47,633 nucleotides of DNA from positions 1 to 47,633 of the forward strand of contig JBHLQH010000024.1 of the NCBI GenBank assembly GCA_048884965.1, written 5' to 3'. This document shows, piece by piece, positions 20,235 through 29,770 of the stretch. The translations under genes were made by a program, and so were the position numbers. The stretch's first letter is position 1; each line of letters opens with the position of its first letter. The DNA comes from Candidatus Thorarchaeota archaeon. GTDB taxonomy: Archaea; Asgardarchaeota; Thorarchaeia; Thorarchaeales; Thorarchaeaceae. The notes beneath the pieces were generated by a model, which worked only from the letters and a program-made list of their open reading frames with translations, was not told the origin of the DNA and did not search any database.

Positions 20235-21011
20235 TCATAGTCCAAATGCAAACGAGTTCATGGAAAGTGATCCATAGATATACCCGTCAGCGAATAATTG
20301 CACAGTATCCGTGGGTTCTGTTGCCCCAAGTGCATAGAGTAGTGGGTAGAAATGATCAGGTGTAGGATGAGCTTTTCTCGCGATAGTATCAAGCCGCAGA
20401 TAGTTCACGACTGAATCATGGTCTTGATTCATTATGAAGGAATCCATTTTTCTGGCGAACTCGATATTCCACTCATATCCTCCATCCGGCATGTTCCAAT
20501 TCACTAGCTGGAGATTGTGAACTAGGTTGCCGCTCCCAATGATTAGGACATCTTCGGCTCGTAGTTCCTTCAACATACTCATTATTTCATAGTGATATCT
20601 CGGTGGTTGCGTGTAGCTAATGCTCAGTTGGAGCGTTGGAATATCTGCATCAGGATACATCCTCTTGAGAACGCTCCAAGTTCCATGATCAAGACCCCAA
20701 TCAGTATCAAGCAATGCTCCAGTCGAAGAGCTGATTCTCTTAGCTAGGGGTACATTCCCCGCTGCGGGATACTGCTGCTGATAGAGCACCTCAGGAAATC
20801 CATAGAAATCATGAATCGTGCGAGGGTGCTCAACTGCAAGGACTTTTGTGTTAGGGATATACCAATGCGCAGAAATAGAGAGAATAGTATCAGGCCTTGG
20901 AATAAGCTTTACAACACGTTCCCAGTCTTTTGTGAATCGATTGTCCTCAATCGCGTTCATGGGAGATCCATGCCCAATGAAAAGCACAGGCATCAAAGGC
21001 TTTTCTTTCAT
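20235..21011 (-). CDS. ygiD: 4,5-DOPA dioxygenase extradiol (LigB superfamily)
   Basis: FIGHGSPMNA, ISAHW, HDFYGFP, GLDHGTW, GSGNLVHN, AHPTPDHFYPL. Confidence 0.9.
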   Translation of the reverse strand: MKEKPLMPVLFIGHGSPMNAIEDNRFTKDWERVVKLIPRPDTILSISAHWYIPNTKVLAVEHPRTIHDFYGFPEVLYQQQYPAAGNVPLAKRISSSTGALLDTDWGLDHGTWSVLKRMYPDADIPTLQLSISYTQPPRYHYEIMSMLKELRAEDVLIIGSGNLVHNLQLVNWNMPDGGYEWNIEFARKMDSFIMNQDHDSVVNYLRLDTIARKAHPTPDHFYPLLYALGATEPTDTVQLFADGYIYGSLSMNSFAFGL

Positions 21012-21178
21012 TTCATATCACATCTGAAGCAGCAACGTGAACTTCCTTATTGATGATATAATGACATTGCTATGGCAAAACTCCAATCCTAGAATAGCCA
21101 AGAAAAATATTCGAGAAATTTATAACAGCAAGGGATTGTATACCTTATGCTCGTGCTGGACGGAGTGGAATACTGAGG

Positions 21179-21853
21179 GTGGGATTATCTATAGCTTTCG
21201 TGGTGTTGATAATTATCTTCTTTGGGGGAGGATACGCCAGCGCTGCAAACACGCAAGGTCTTTCTTGGGGCATATCTGTCGGTGAAAGAATAGATTACAC
21301 TCTAAATACCTACTCGGAGGGAATGGAATCGGAATTATTTGATAACATTACAGTCGATTGCTACGTCACTATTGAATCTCTTCCAGAAATTCCTACTATT
21401 GTGACGGCAATTCCAATATTATTACCGCAGTATTATAATCAGTCCTTTTCAAATGGAACGGAGTACTCATTCCCATGGATTGCAGTCCCAATAGGCAATT
21501 GGACTCTGATATCAGAACTGCTTGTACCAGCCATTTCTTCTGTCACTAATATAACCATAATAGACACTCCATCAGATTGGGGTTATGAAATCGACTATGA
21601 ATCTCGCTCTAGTAATATGACTGAGATACTTCTAATATCCAAATCTGATGGTGCATTGAACCACATCAAACTAGAAGTAGCTGCATTTGTTGGAATGCAA
21701 TATTACAGTGTCGAGATAACTAGAAAGGGGTGGTTTGCTCCACTTGATACGCTCCAGACAATCTCTATCATCATCACATTGGCAAGCGTTGGAATTATCG
21801 TTGTTTTTGGTATAATGATAATCAGAAATAGGTCGGCAGCAAGCTTCAGCTGA
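21179..21853 (+). CDS. Secreted, C-terminally membrane-anchored hypothetical protein (paralog of 28947..29651)
   Basis: Signal peptide, sequons, C-terminal TM. Motifs WGISVGE, VPIGNW and KSDGAL are shared with the paralog. Confidence 0.7.
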   Translation: MGLSIAFVVLIIIFFGGGYASAANTQGLSWGISVGERIDYTLNTYSEGMESELFDNITVDCYVTIESLPEIPTIVTAIPILLPQYYNQSFSNGTEYSFPWIAVPIGNWTLISELLVPAISSVTNITIIDTPSDWGYEIDYESRSSNMTEILLISKSDGALNHIKLEVAAFVGMQYYSVEITRKGWFAPLDTLQTISIIITLASVGIIVVFGIMIIRNRSAASFS

Positions 21854-21980
21854 TAATATCATATTTGCACATCTGAAACGTGTATTGAAGATGAGCCAAA
21901 GCGGATGGAAATATCTTAAGCTGACTTGTAATGGTAGGAGAGAAGATTTACCGTCTAGTTCTTGTTGACTTATTGCACAG

Positions 21981-22028
21981 CTTTATAAGGGCTCTTTATA
22001 AAGCCCTTTATAAGCAGTCCCTTATAAG
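21981..22028 (+). promoter_or_regulatory. Array of four TATA-like boxes upstream of tbp
   Basis: CTTTATAAG 21981-21989, CTTTATAAAG 21994-22003, CTTTATAAG 22006-22014, CTTATAAG 22021-22028. GAGGAG SD at 22031; ATG at 22049. Confidence 0.75.
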
Positions 22029-22048
22029 TAGAGGAGATTCGTCAAATT

Positions 22049-22633
22049 ATGCCCAGACCGCAACCAAAGACAAAGATTGAGAATGTCGTCGCTTCAGTTA
22101 TTCTAAACCAGCGACTTGACTTGGATGAGATTGCTGCAACCATGCCAAATGTTGAGTTTGACCCAGAGCAATTTCCAGGTCTTGTCTACAGACTCAAGAA
22201 ACCGAAGACTGCCACCCTGATCTTCAACTCGGGCAAGATGGTCTGCACTGGCGCTAAGAGCGAGAAGGAAGCCAAGCGCGCAGTCCACCGAATTGTGAAG
22301 AACATCAAAGAGGCAGGAATTGAGATCACTGGTAAGCCTATCATCGTCGTGCAGAATATTGTTGCAAGTGCTAGTCTAGGTGCAGAACTCAACCTGGAGC
22401 TTGCTGCAATGAAGCTTGAGAATACGCTCTATGAACCAGAGCAGTTCCCAGGACTAATCTACCGAATGCGAGACCCCAAAGTTGTTATCCTCCTATTCGG
22501 ATCAGGTAAACTTGTTATTACTGGTGCCAAATTCGAGCCTCAAATCGATGAGGCTGCAGAGAAGGTCATGGATCGACTTCTTGAGCTTGGCGTGATGCGA
22601 GTACCCGAAGGCGAAGACTGGGATATCGAGTAG
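22049..22633 (+). CDS. tbp: TATA-box-binding protein
   Basis: Two direct repeats: IENVVAS..DPEQFPGLVYR..LIFNSGKMVCTGAK and VQNIVAS..YEPEQFPGLIYR..LLFGSGKLVITGAK. Acidic C-terminal tail. Confidence 0.98.
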   Translation: MPRPQPKTKIENVVASVILNQRLDLDEIAATMPNVEFDPEQFPGLVYRLKKPKTATLIFNSGKMVCTGAKSEKEAKRAVHRIVKNIKEAGIEITGKPIIVVQNIVASASLGAELNLELAAMKLENTLYEPEQFPGLIYRMRDPKVVILLFGSGKLVITGAKFEPQIDEAAEKVMDRLLELGVMRVPEGEDWDIE

Positions 22634-22655
22634 TTCATTAGATTTAATATACAAC

Positions 22656-22690
22656 ACCCTGGGACATGCTCCCGGGGTACTTCATTTTCT
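22656..22690 (+). terminator. GC hairpin plus U-rich tract after tbp
   Basis: ACCCTGGGA (22656-22664) pairs with TCCCGGGGT (22670-22678) with one G-U pair, followed by ACTTCATTTTCT. Confidence 0.55.
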
Positions 22691-22835
22691 GGATTGTAGT
22701 TATTCTGTCGAACTTAGCGTAGCAAAATGTCACATCATGCAAAACATTATTATTATAGTATTATTTCCTAATATAATATCATAGAATGCTTTGAATCCTT
22801 AACTTTCTCTCTAAAATCTGAGCGGCGATGTTACA

Positions 22836-24143
22836 ATGCAGTATCTTCCTATCGAATTCGTTCTTGAATCATCAGCGATATTTGCAGGAGTGATATTTGC
22901 TCTTGTCGCACTCTTTGGTATCTACTACTACTCCACTGATATTCAATATCGACGTTGGGCTCTTACTCACCTATCTTTCTGGATAGCTTTCCTCCCACCA
23001 AATCTCTTCGTCGGTCTGCCGTACATCGGTGATTTCTTCAGTATGGTTCTCAAGGTGTATGCTTCGATTCTCTTGCTTCGAGCTTTCAACTATCGTAGAT
23101 TGTCCAATATTCGCAATAGTGTGGTCCATCCAACAATATTCGTAGGAATCGCCTTGTTCTGGTTGCTTGTTTCATACTTCGGACTCCCTTCTAATACTTC
23201 AGCTATTCCTACATCGATGATAATGGCGTTTACTTTCTTCTACGTAGCTAGAGAGATCCTCTACAACAAGAAAGATCGCAGCAAGATTTGGATCTCAGCC
23301 GGAGTATCATATCTCCTCTGGGCAGTAGCAAGTCTCCCGATGATATTACTCCCGCTCTCAGCAGAGGTGATCATTGCAGGGTATGTGCAGTTTATCGCGC
23401 AAGCAGCAGTCATGATCACGATGTTCCTTGCCTTCATTGGCTCAACCAGAAGAAGGGTTGTAGAGAACCTACGCTTGACCACAATCTTTGCAAGTATGCT
23501 CTCTCATGACCTTCGCAATTTCCTTAATGTCGCACAAGGTGCAGTCGACCTGGTTCAGGTCACTGATGACGAGTCCGTAGAGATGCTTGAAACGGTTCAG
23601 AAATCACTTAGCTCTGCCGCGGACTTCATGAATCGTATCAGAAGCGCATGGATTGATCTAGGCTCACATTCCAACCATGTTGTGGACTTGGATCTTTGTG
23701 AAGTTGTTAATGATGTCGCTAGTAGAGCCATAAAGGAGCATTCACTAAGAGTAGAGCAAATAGTGACCGAAGGGCTGGAGAGATGCTACATAAGCACAAC
23801 TCCATTGATTTCTCAGGTAATTTGGAACATTGTTGACAATTCAATTCGTCATGCACATGGCAATCCTGAAATTGAGATATTCGCTAGGGCATCAAACTCG
23901 ATCATCCTAGCCATCTCGGACAGAAGTGGTGGGTTGTCACACGTACTCAAGAAGAAGCTCCTCTCAGACGAGGAGGTCAATAATGGATTTGGGATAGGAC
24001 TAATGCTTGTCAAAGAGATAACCAGTATTTATGGAATACCGATTGAAGTCGAGGACAGGGTGGAAAATGATGAAGTCGTTGGCCTTACTTTCAGATTGCT
24101 TCTTCCCCACTCTGGAGGAGTTCCTACGAAGAAGGAAATCTGA
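22836..24143 (+). CDS. Membrane-bound sensor histidine kinase (about 7 TM plus HisKA/HATPase)
   Basis: H-box SHDLRN, N-box NIVDNSIRH, degenerate G1 box ISDRSGG, G2 box GFGIGL. Confidence 0.8.
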   Translation: MQYLPIEFVLESSAIFAGVIFALVALFGIYYYSTDIQYRRWALTHLSFWIAFLPPNLFVGLPYIGDFFSMVLKVYASILLLRAFNYRRLSNIRNSVVHPTIFVGIALFWLLVSYFGLPSNTSAIPTSMIMAFTFFYVAREILYNKKDRSKIWISAGVSYLLWAVASLPMILLPLSAEVIIAGYVQFIAQAAVMITMFLAFIGSTRRRVVENLRLTTIFASMLSHDLRNFLNVAQGAVDLVQVTDDESVEMLETVQKSLSSAADFMNRIRSAWIDLGSHSNHVVDLDLCEVVNDVASRAIKEHSLRVEQIVTEGLERCYISTTPLISQVIWNIVDNSIRHAHGNPEIEIFARASNSIILAISDRSGGLSHVLKKKLLSDEEVNNGFGIGLMLVKEITSIYGIPIEVEDRVENDEVVGLTFRLLLPHSGGVPTKKEI

Positions 24144-24176
24144 AACTTCCCGTCCCTCCGTAATTGAACCCTACCT

Positions 24177-25436
24177 TTAGAAGAAGGACAACGTTAGGGG
24201 AGGAATTGAAATTACAAGTACAATCATCGCCAGTACGAAGAGCAGTATTCTTGATTTCGATACTGGTACTGTATCATCAAGTGCACCAGGGTGGCCAGCG
24301 CCAGATGATAAGGCAAACACTAAGATAGCCATCAACCAGAAACCAACGATGAACATTACAATCATTGCACCATATCCAACATACTTGTGTATCTTCTCAT
24401 CCATGATAGCGCGAAGTGCATGGCCTCCATCAAGCTGACCGGCAGGAAACAGATTCAATGCGGTTACTAGACATCCAACCCATGCTGCAAATCCAACCGG
24501 ATGTAGATAGATTGTTCCACCTTCTGGTATGAAACCAACAAACAAGAACTCTAGTAGATTGAATAGAAGTGGGACCTCTAAAGAGCCAGACATGTTAGGA
24601 TATGCCGCATCAATTGCAGCAATCTGCTCAGCAGTAACAGGAACAGACATCAAGAACCCAATGACGAGAGCGATTACCGTCACGATGAATCCAGCATATG
24701 GACCTGCTAGCCCAAGGTCAAGAAGATCGCTCCTGTTCTTAGGTGGGCTTTTCTGTTGAATGAATGCACCAAAGGTACCACCAATCTGTGGTAGCCCTGG
24801 AATGAAATACGGGGGTGTTGCTTCAATTCCACGATGCTTTGCCATCTGATAATGTCCCATCTCATGAGTACCAATTATCCCCATTAAGGCAAGCATGAAA
24901 ATACCGGTCGTGAATATTACATCCCAAATAGTGTAGCCTTGGGGATAAAATAGTGCAAGAAAGACCTCACTTGAGGCTTGAAGGAACCCTCCAAGAGCTA
25001 TTGATGCCAGAGTGGCTATGAAGAGGGCTTTGTTTATACGAGTGTCACTTTTTGGTTGTCGTTCCTCAGGTATGAACCGTGTATAGTATATGCCTTCTTC
25101 CTTGTCTTTCCACCGAATTATAGGCCATACCTTTAGATCCTTGGAGCGTTTATGTATTCGCTCAAAGACTTCTCGCTGTACTTCAGGATCTGGAACATTT
25201 CCAATCCTCACTTGTGCAGTAGGTTCCTGTTCTGAATCATCCCTATATCGCTCGATGAATGCTTCAGTGGACTCAGGATTCATACTACCCTTTCTCTTCC
25301 ATCGATAGAGAAATGTAGGCATGCCATATTCCATTTGGCTGGCAAGAATCTCAAAGTCCTCTTTTAGGATCGCTTCCATCTCGGTAAATGTTGGATAGCT
25401 TAGGACTCGGCTATATGATGAATCATCAACGGACAA
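24177..25436 (-). CDS. Site-2 protease (peptidase M50) with soluble N-terminal extension
   Basis: HEMGH, GTFGAFI, LAGP, NLFPAGQLDGGH. Start uncertain (TTG). Confidence 0.9.
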   Translation of the reverse strand: MSVDDSSYSRVLSYPTFTEMEAILKEDFEILASQMEYGMPTFLYRWKRKGSMNPESTEAFIERYRDDSEQEPTAQVRIGNVPDPEVQREVFERIHKRSKDLKVWPIIRWKDKEEGIYYTRFIPEERQPKSDTRINKALFIATLASIALGGFLQASSEVFLALFYPQGYTIWDVIFTTGIFMLALMGIIGTHEMGHYQMAKHRGIEATPPYFIPGLPQIGGTFGAFIQQKSPPKNRSDLLDLGLAGPYAGFIVTVIALVIGFLMSVPVTAEQIAAIDAAYPNMSGSLEVPLLFNLLEFLFVGFIPEGGTIYLHPVGFAAWVGCLVTALNLFPAGQLDGGHALRAIMDEKIHKYVGYGAMIVMFIVGFWLMAILVFALSSGAGHPGALDDTVPVSKSRILLFVLAMIVLVISIPPLTLSFF

Positions 25437-25517
25437 GGTTTCACATACTCCACAGTCTGAGGATTGTTCCGAGGTTCACTGCTAAGCCTATAAGAGTATC
25501 CGCTTGTGCATATAGCT

Positions 25518-27473
25518 CTAAATTTTGAGATTATTCGCAACCTGAAATGCATCATGGATGCAATCAAGGAGATTCATATGTCCTTTAACAGATCCTACAA
25601 GAGTCACCTTGCCTTTGGTGAATGGTAACGGATCATTTTCATCATTGATGGGCACACCAACTCGTCGTAATTTCTCAACCAATCGCATTCGAGGTTCTGG
25701 AGATGTGGCAACAATAACTGTATCTGCTTCGATCATTGAAACGGCATCACCATAGTTTATCATGACATACTTTGAGGTAACTTGGGATATATCAGCTCGT
25801 TCATGGAAATGAACACCTCTATCACGAAGCGCTTTGATAATCACCCATCTTGTTGAGCGACCTATGTCCTCTCCAATGCGATCTTCAAGAACAAAGAAAT
25901 CGACTGATTTTGCTTTTCCAGAAGCATAGAGTGCCGCATGACAACCTAGAGAGTTTCCTCCAATGACAGATGTTCGTCCCAGATTTTCCCCACCTGATGC
26001 GAGAACATCAAACGCGGAGGTTACATTTGGGCCTTCCACTCCATCTATTGGTGGAGCACCTGCTATCATTCCTGCTGCAATGACAATATGATCAAAGTCC
26101 GCAGATGTAAGATCAGCAAGAGTCACTTCATGTCCTAGATTGATTGTGACTCCTAAACGCTTTAGCTCTCTCTGCATATGGATAATATACGATGCATGTT
26201 CTCCACGTAACGGTACTCTTGCAAGGAGTCTAAGGATGCCACCTAGATGAGGTTCTTTCTCAAATAGTGTTACAGAGAAACCCCGTATTGCGAGCACTCT
26301 TGCAGCCTCCATTCCCGATGGGCCGCCGCCTACAACGGCAATGTGTCCAGTACCACTGGGACCAAGAGGTCTTTCTGATTCATATCCTGCAAGTGGATTA
26401 ATGGCGCATATCACTGGCTCCAGCAAGAACACTTTATCCAAGCAACCTAGGTTGCACCCGATGCAATTGCGTATCTCATGTTCCCTATTAGTTCTGACTT
26501 TCTCCATGAATTCAGGATCTGCAATGAATCCTCTAGACATTCCAATGAGCTTTGCCTTGCCACGTTTCAATATGCTCTCAGCTACAGTAGGACTATTGAT
26601 CCTGTTGCAGGCGACGACAGGTACTTGGACGACTTCAGCTATCGCCTCAGCAAGATATGCATAATGTCCTCGTGGAACATCCATCGTCGTTTGCGGAACA
26701 TGTGTTTCATGCCATCCTCCAGTGACATTGATACAATCAACTCCTGCATCTACTAACCACGGAGCTAGAATTCTATTATCTGCTAGTGTATTTCCCTTCT
26801 CAACGAAATCCTCACCACTCAATCTATAGAAGATTGGGTAGTTATTCCCAACATGAGATCGAACAGAATCAACTACTTCTATGGCGAACCGTGCTCTAGC
26901 ATGCAAATCCCCGTTATATTCGTCCCTTCGTTTATTTGTCGCCCGTGCGAGGAACTGGTTAATGAGATAGCCTGCAGATCCTATGATCTCAACTGCATCG
27001 AATCCGGTATCCTTTGCTCTTGCAGCAGCCAACCCGAAATTCTCAACGGTCTGTTTTATCTCTGTTTTTTTCAAGGGACGAGGAGTTGATTTGAAGAGTC
27101 GGCTAGGTTCAGCTGAAGCAGATACAGGGGTTTCACCCAAGAATAACGGGTGTGAATACCGACCAGCATGATACAGTTGGGCCGCTACTGGAACTTCATA
27201 CTCGTGAATCGCCGTTACTAGATTCCCAAGTCCTTCGAGGTGGGTGTCATTGCTAATCCCTATCATAGTAGGCCCACTTCTTGCCAGAGGCTCGGTATAG
27301 CAACCTCCCACAACGATAAGCCCTGGCTTGTATCGTGCTCGCGTCGTATAGAACTCAATGAGTCGGTCATTGACCTTTCCGTCATCTGAGCAATAGCCAA
27401 GATGTGTGGCAAGCATAACTGCTCGATTCTTTAGATGAAGTCCATTGATCTCGATAGGCTCTAGTAGTATCAT
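25518..27473 (-). CDS. NADH:flavin oxidoreductase, 2,4-dienoyl-CoA reductase (FadH)-like
   Basis: OYE TIM barrel (QLYHAGR, GSAGYLINQF, TNKRRDEY), 4Fe-4S motif CIGCNLGC..C, FAD motif GGGPSG, DIGRSTRW. Confidence 0.85.
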   Translation of the reverse strand: MILLEPIEINGLHLKNRAVMLATHLGYCSDDGKVNDRLIEFYTTRARYKPGLIVVGGCYTEPLARSGPTMIGISNDTHLEGLGNLVTAIHEYEVPVAAQLYHAGRYSHPLFLGETPVSASAEPSRLFKSTPRPLKKTEIKQTVENFGLAAARAKDTGFDAVEIIGSAGYLINQFLARATNKRRDEYNGDLHARARFAIEVVDSVRSHVGNNYPIFYRLSGEDFVEKGNTLADNRILAPWLVDAGVDCINVTGGWHETHVPQTTMDVPRGHYAYLAEAIAEVVQVPVVACNRINSPTVAESILKRGKAKLIGMSRGFIADPEFMEKVRTNREHEIRNCIGCNLGCLDKVFLLEPVICAINPLAGYESERPLGPSGTGHIAVVGGGPSGMEAARVLAIRGFSVTLFEKEPHLGGILRLLARVPLRGEHASYIIHMQRELKRLGVTINLGHEVTLADLTSADFDHIVIAAGMIAGAPPIDGVEGPNVTSAFDVLASGGENLGRTSVIGGNSLGCHAALYASGKAKSVDFFVLEDRIGEDIGRSTRWVIIKALRDRGVHFHERADISQVTSKYVMINYGDAVSMIEADTVIVATSPEPRMRLVEKLRRVGVPINDENDPLPFTKGKVTLVGSVKGHMNLLDCIHDAFQVANNLKI

Positions 27474-27481
27474 CTTACCAC

Positions 27482-28318
27482 CTATCCATAAAAATTATAG
27501 AAATGGTCAATTGTGATGGGGCCTCGATGTTGAAGTCCTTCATCATAATGAGTGGGTAGAAGTCCCTGTTCTGAGAATTGGTCCTTTGTTATGCCTTTAC
27601 TAATCGCATCCTTGACAGCATCTCGGAGATCTGAAAGGAAAGAGATGTGCTTCTCCAACTCCTTATTATCGCATAAAGGTCCGTGTCCAGGAATGATTAG
27701 GTCATAATCCTCTAGTACTATAGTTTCCAAGACTGATATCCATTTATCAGGATCACACGAGTGGTCTGCAGCATAGGGAAAGACTCCACTGAAGATGAGA
27801 TCACCAATGAAAAGAATATGTTCAGGTTCTACAGATACTGTGCTAGAGCCTGCGGTATGCCCACCGCGATGGACTATCTTCAGGTCTCGAGAGCTTCCAA
27901 CTATTAGGCCATCTTCAAACACTATGTCAGGGAGTTTTAGTTCTAGATTCTGGATGGCATTCCACAATTCTGGACGTTCATCTCTTCGCGATTTCATTGA
28001 CTCGATAATGGCATCTCGTTTCCAGTGACTCTGTAGGTTCTCTTCGCAAATTAACCGCATCTGCGATGAGCCGATGCGACATACTTCACCTAGTCCTTGC
28101 GCCCCGAAGACGTGGTCACTATGGCTGTGGGTGTAGATAAGTTTGGTAACCTTTCTCTCAAACTCCGTTTCAGCCCACTGCCGAACCTGATCAGTATAAG
28201 TGTGTACCATTCCTGCATCGATGAAGACGATCTGGTCATCCAGCACAACAAGACCAAAGTTACCCCCGGTCTTGCCTGTTAGGTCCGCATAGATTCTGTC
28301 TGAAACCTTATCGAGCAT
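27482..28318 (-). CDS. MBL-fold metallohydrolase
   Basis: IDAG, THSHSDHVFG, GHT, GDL, PGHG. Confidence 0.85.
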   Translation of the reverse strand: MLDKVSDRIYADLTGKTGGNFGLVVLDDQIVFIDAGMVHTYTDQVRQWAETEFERKVTKLIYTHSHSDHVFGAQGLGEVCRIGSSQMRLICEENLQSHWKRDAIIESMKSRRDERPELWNAIQNLELKLPDIVFEDGLIVGSSRDLKIVHRGGHTAGSSTVSVEPEHILFIGDLIFSGVFPYAADHSCDPDKWISVLETIVLEDYDLIIPGHGPLCDNKELEKHISFLSDLRDAVKDAISKGITKDQFSEQGLLPTHYDEGLQHRGPITIDHFYNFYG

Positions 28319-28387
28319 ATCGAATGCTCAAGGGCTTTTCCTTCATATAGTTGCGCCTTTGCCTCTTGAAATCGCGGTTCCGAAAGA

Positions 28388-28834
28388 TCATGTGCTTGTC
28401 GCTTGTTTTCGATGTTTGATGTACATCATCACCATCCACAAAATTAGAACCAAGACGCCAACGGTTGCTAGAATGAGATAGACAATAAGTAAGACCATTG
28501 GAGTATCCATGATGTCATAGACCATAATGTCAGCATAGACTGCAAGTTGCATGCCGACAAAGATGATGTTGATTGCTCCGATAATCGATAAAGCTAATGG
28601 ATTGGCTCCAGCACTATAAAGCGATCGTAGCATCTCAACAGCAACCACTGCAATCAGCAAAGCAGATAACCACATGAGAGTGAAGGCTCTCAATCTCTGA
28701 TCAGGCGTCGCTATCATAAGAAGAGATGTTGAGAAAAAGAGAATTACATTGAAGATGTTCAATATGCTATAGATCATCCCATAGACCTTTGCTCTTTCTA
28801 TTGACGATACGCGAATACTTTCCTCCATTTGCAA
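28388..28834 (-). CDS. Hypothetical 4-TM membrane protein
   Basis: Four hydrophobic helices and a basic C-terminus; GGAGG upstream on the minus strand. Confidence 0.65.
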   Translation of the reverse strand: MQMEESIRVSSIERAKVYGMIYSILNIFNVILFFSTSLLMIATPDQRLRAFTLMWLSALLIAVVAVEMLRSLYSAGANPLALSIIGAINIIFVGMQLAVYADIMVYDIMDTPMVLLIVYLILATVGVLVLILWMVMMYIKHRKQATST

Positions 28835-28899
28835 ACCTCCAGAATATATAGAATAGTATATTGAACAAATAGAGATATGACTTTTGATTCTTATAAATT

Positions 28900-28933
28900 A
28901 AAAAAGAGAAGAAAGGTGTGCTTGAAGCACACC
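28900..28933 (-). terminator. Perfect inverted repeat plus U tract, putative intrinsic terminator
   Basis: Minus strand reads GGTGTGCTT-C-AAGCACACC then TTTCTTCTCTTTTTT, 13 nt past the stop of 28947..29651. Confidence 0.65.
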
Positions 28934-28946
28934 GCGAGATGAGGTA

Positions 28947-29651
28947 TTATTTCTTGTTGGCAATCCCCGCGATTATACATAGAACAGCAACAACGCCGAT
29001 CACAAGAATCAGATTGTCCTCAACGAACCCAAGGATGTCATCAACAAGAGATGGTTGAGGTGGATCAAGTCGATCTAGAATGAGATTGATATTCGAATCA
29101 ATACCCCCAAAGGTCAAGTTGTACAGGGCAAGAGAGCCATCAGATTTGAACCAAGTCATATTCATTAGGAATAGATAACCAGTTTCCACAAGCTCAATAT
29201 TAAAGCCGAAGTGCGTGGTATTCTCGACGACAGTGTCATCCACCAGAAATGACAGGTATGAGAAATAGTCGCCCATTAGGCCAGGAGCATTCTCAGAGAT
29301 GATTTCCCAATTTCCAATGGGCAGAACAACTGGAGTGTCAAAGTAGGTAGAGAAAGCAGAGGAATGGATTGACTCTAGGTCGCTATAATCAGTATACATT
29401 ATCTTGTGCCCTACGTCAATATCACTCACAGCAGTGATAGTTGATAGATTGCAGAGAGATGTAATATTGATGTAGACATTTCTAGAATCCTGCAAGATAT
29501 CATAATCGATTATCATCTTATACTCGGATAAATCGCCAACACTAACAGCCCATTCCCAACCATGCACATTTTGAGCGTTTGCTATTGGTAATGTGACAAA
29601 CATAAGAGCAAAAATGAGCACTACAAGCTTCTTAGATTTCATTGTGATCAT
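28947..29651 (-). CDS. Secreted, C-terminally membrane-anchored hypothetical protein (paralog of 21179..21853)
   Basis: Signal peptide MKSKKLVVLIF..ANA, motifs WAVSVGD, LPIGNW and KSDGSL, C-terminal TM followed by KK. Confidence 0.7.
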   Translation of the reverse strand: MITMKSKKLVVLIFALMFVTLPIANAQNVHGWEWAVSVGDLSEYKMIIDYDILQDSRNVYINITSLCNLSTITAVSDIDVGHKIMYTDYSDLESIHSSAFSTYFDTPVVLPIGNWEIISENAPGLMGDYFSYLSFLVDDTVVENTTHFGFNIELVETGYLFLMNMTWFKSDGSLALYNLTFGGIDSNINLILDRLDPPQPSLVDDILGFVEDNLILVIGVVAVLCIIAGIANKK

Positions 29652-29770
29652 CTCTAATGGAGTTTTAAAAAGAGAATGTTATCGTACTAATGAATAAATC
29701 TCCTATGACCCATAGGCGTCCTGATTGATAGACCAAGATAATATGGAAGGGGCATATAGAGCCCCTAGAG

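Noticed and set aside
22740-22785. AT-rich ATTATT repeats upstream of the histidine kinase
   Set aside because: Low-complexity promoter DNA with no defined repeat unit.
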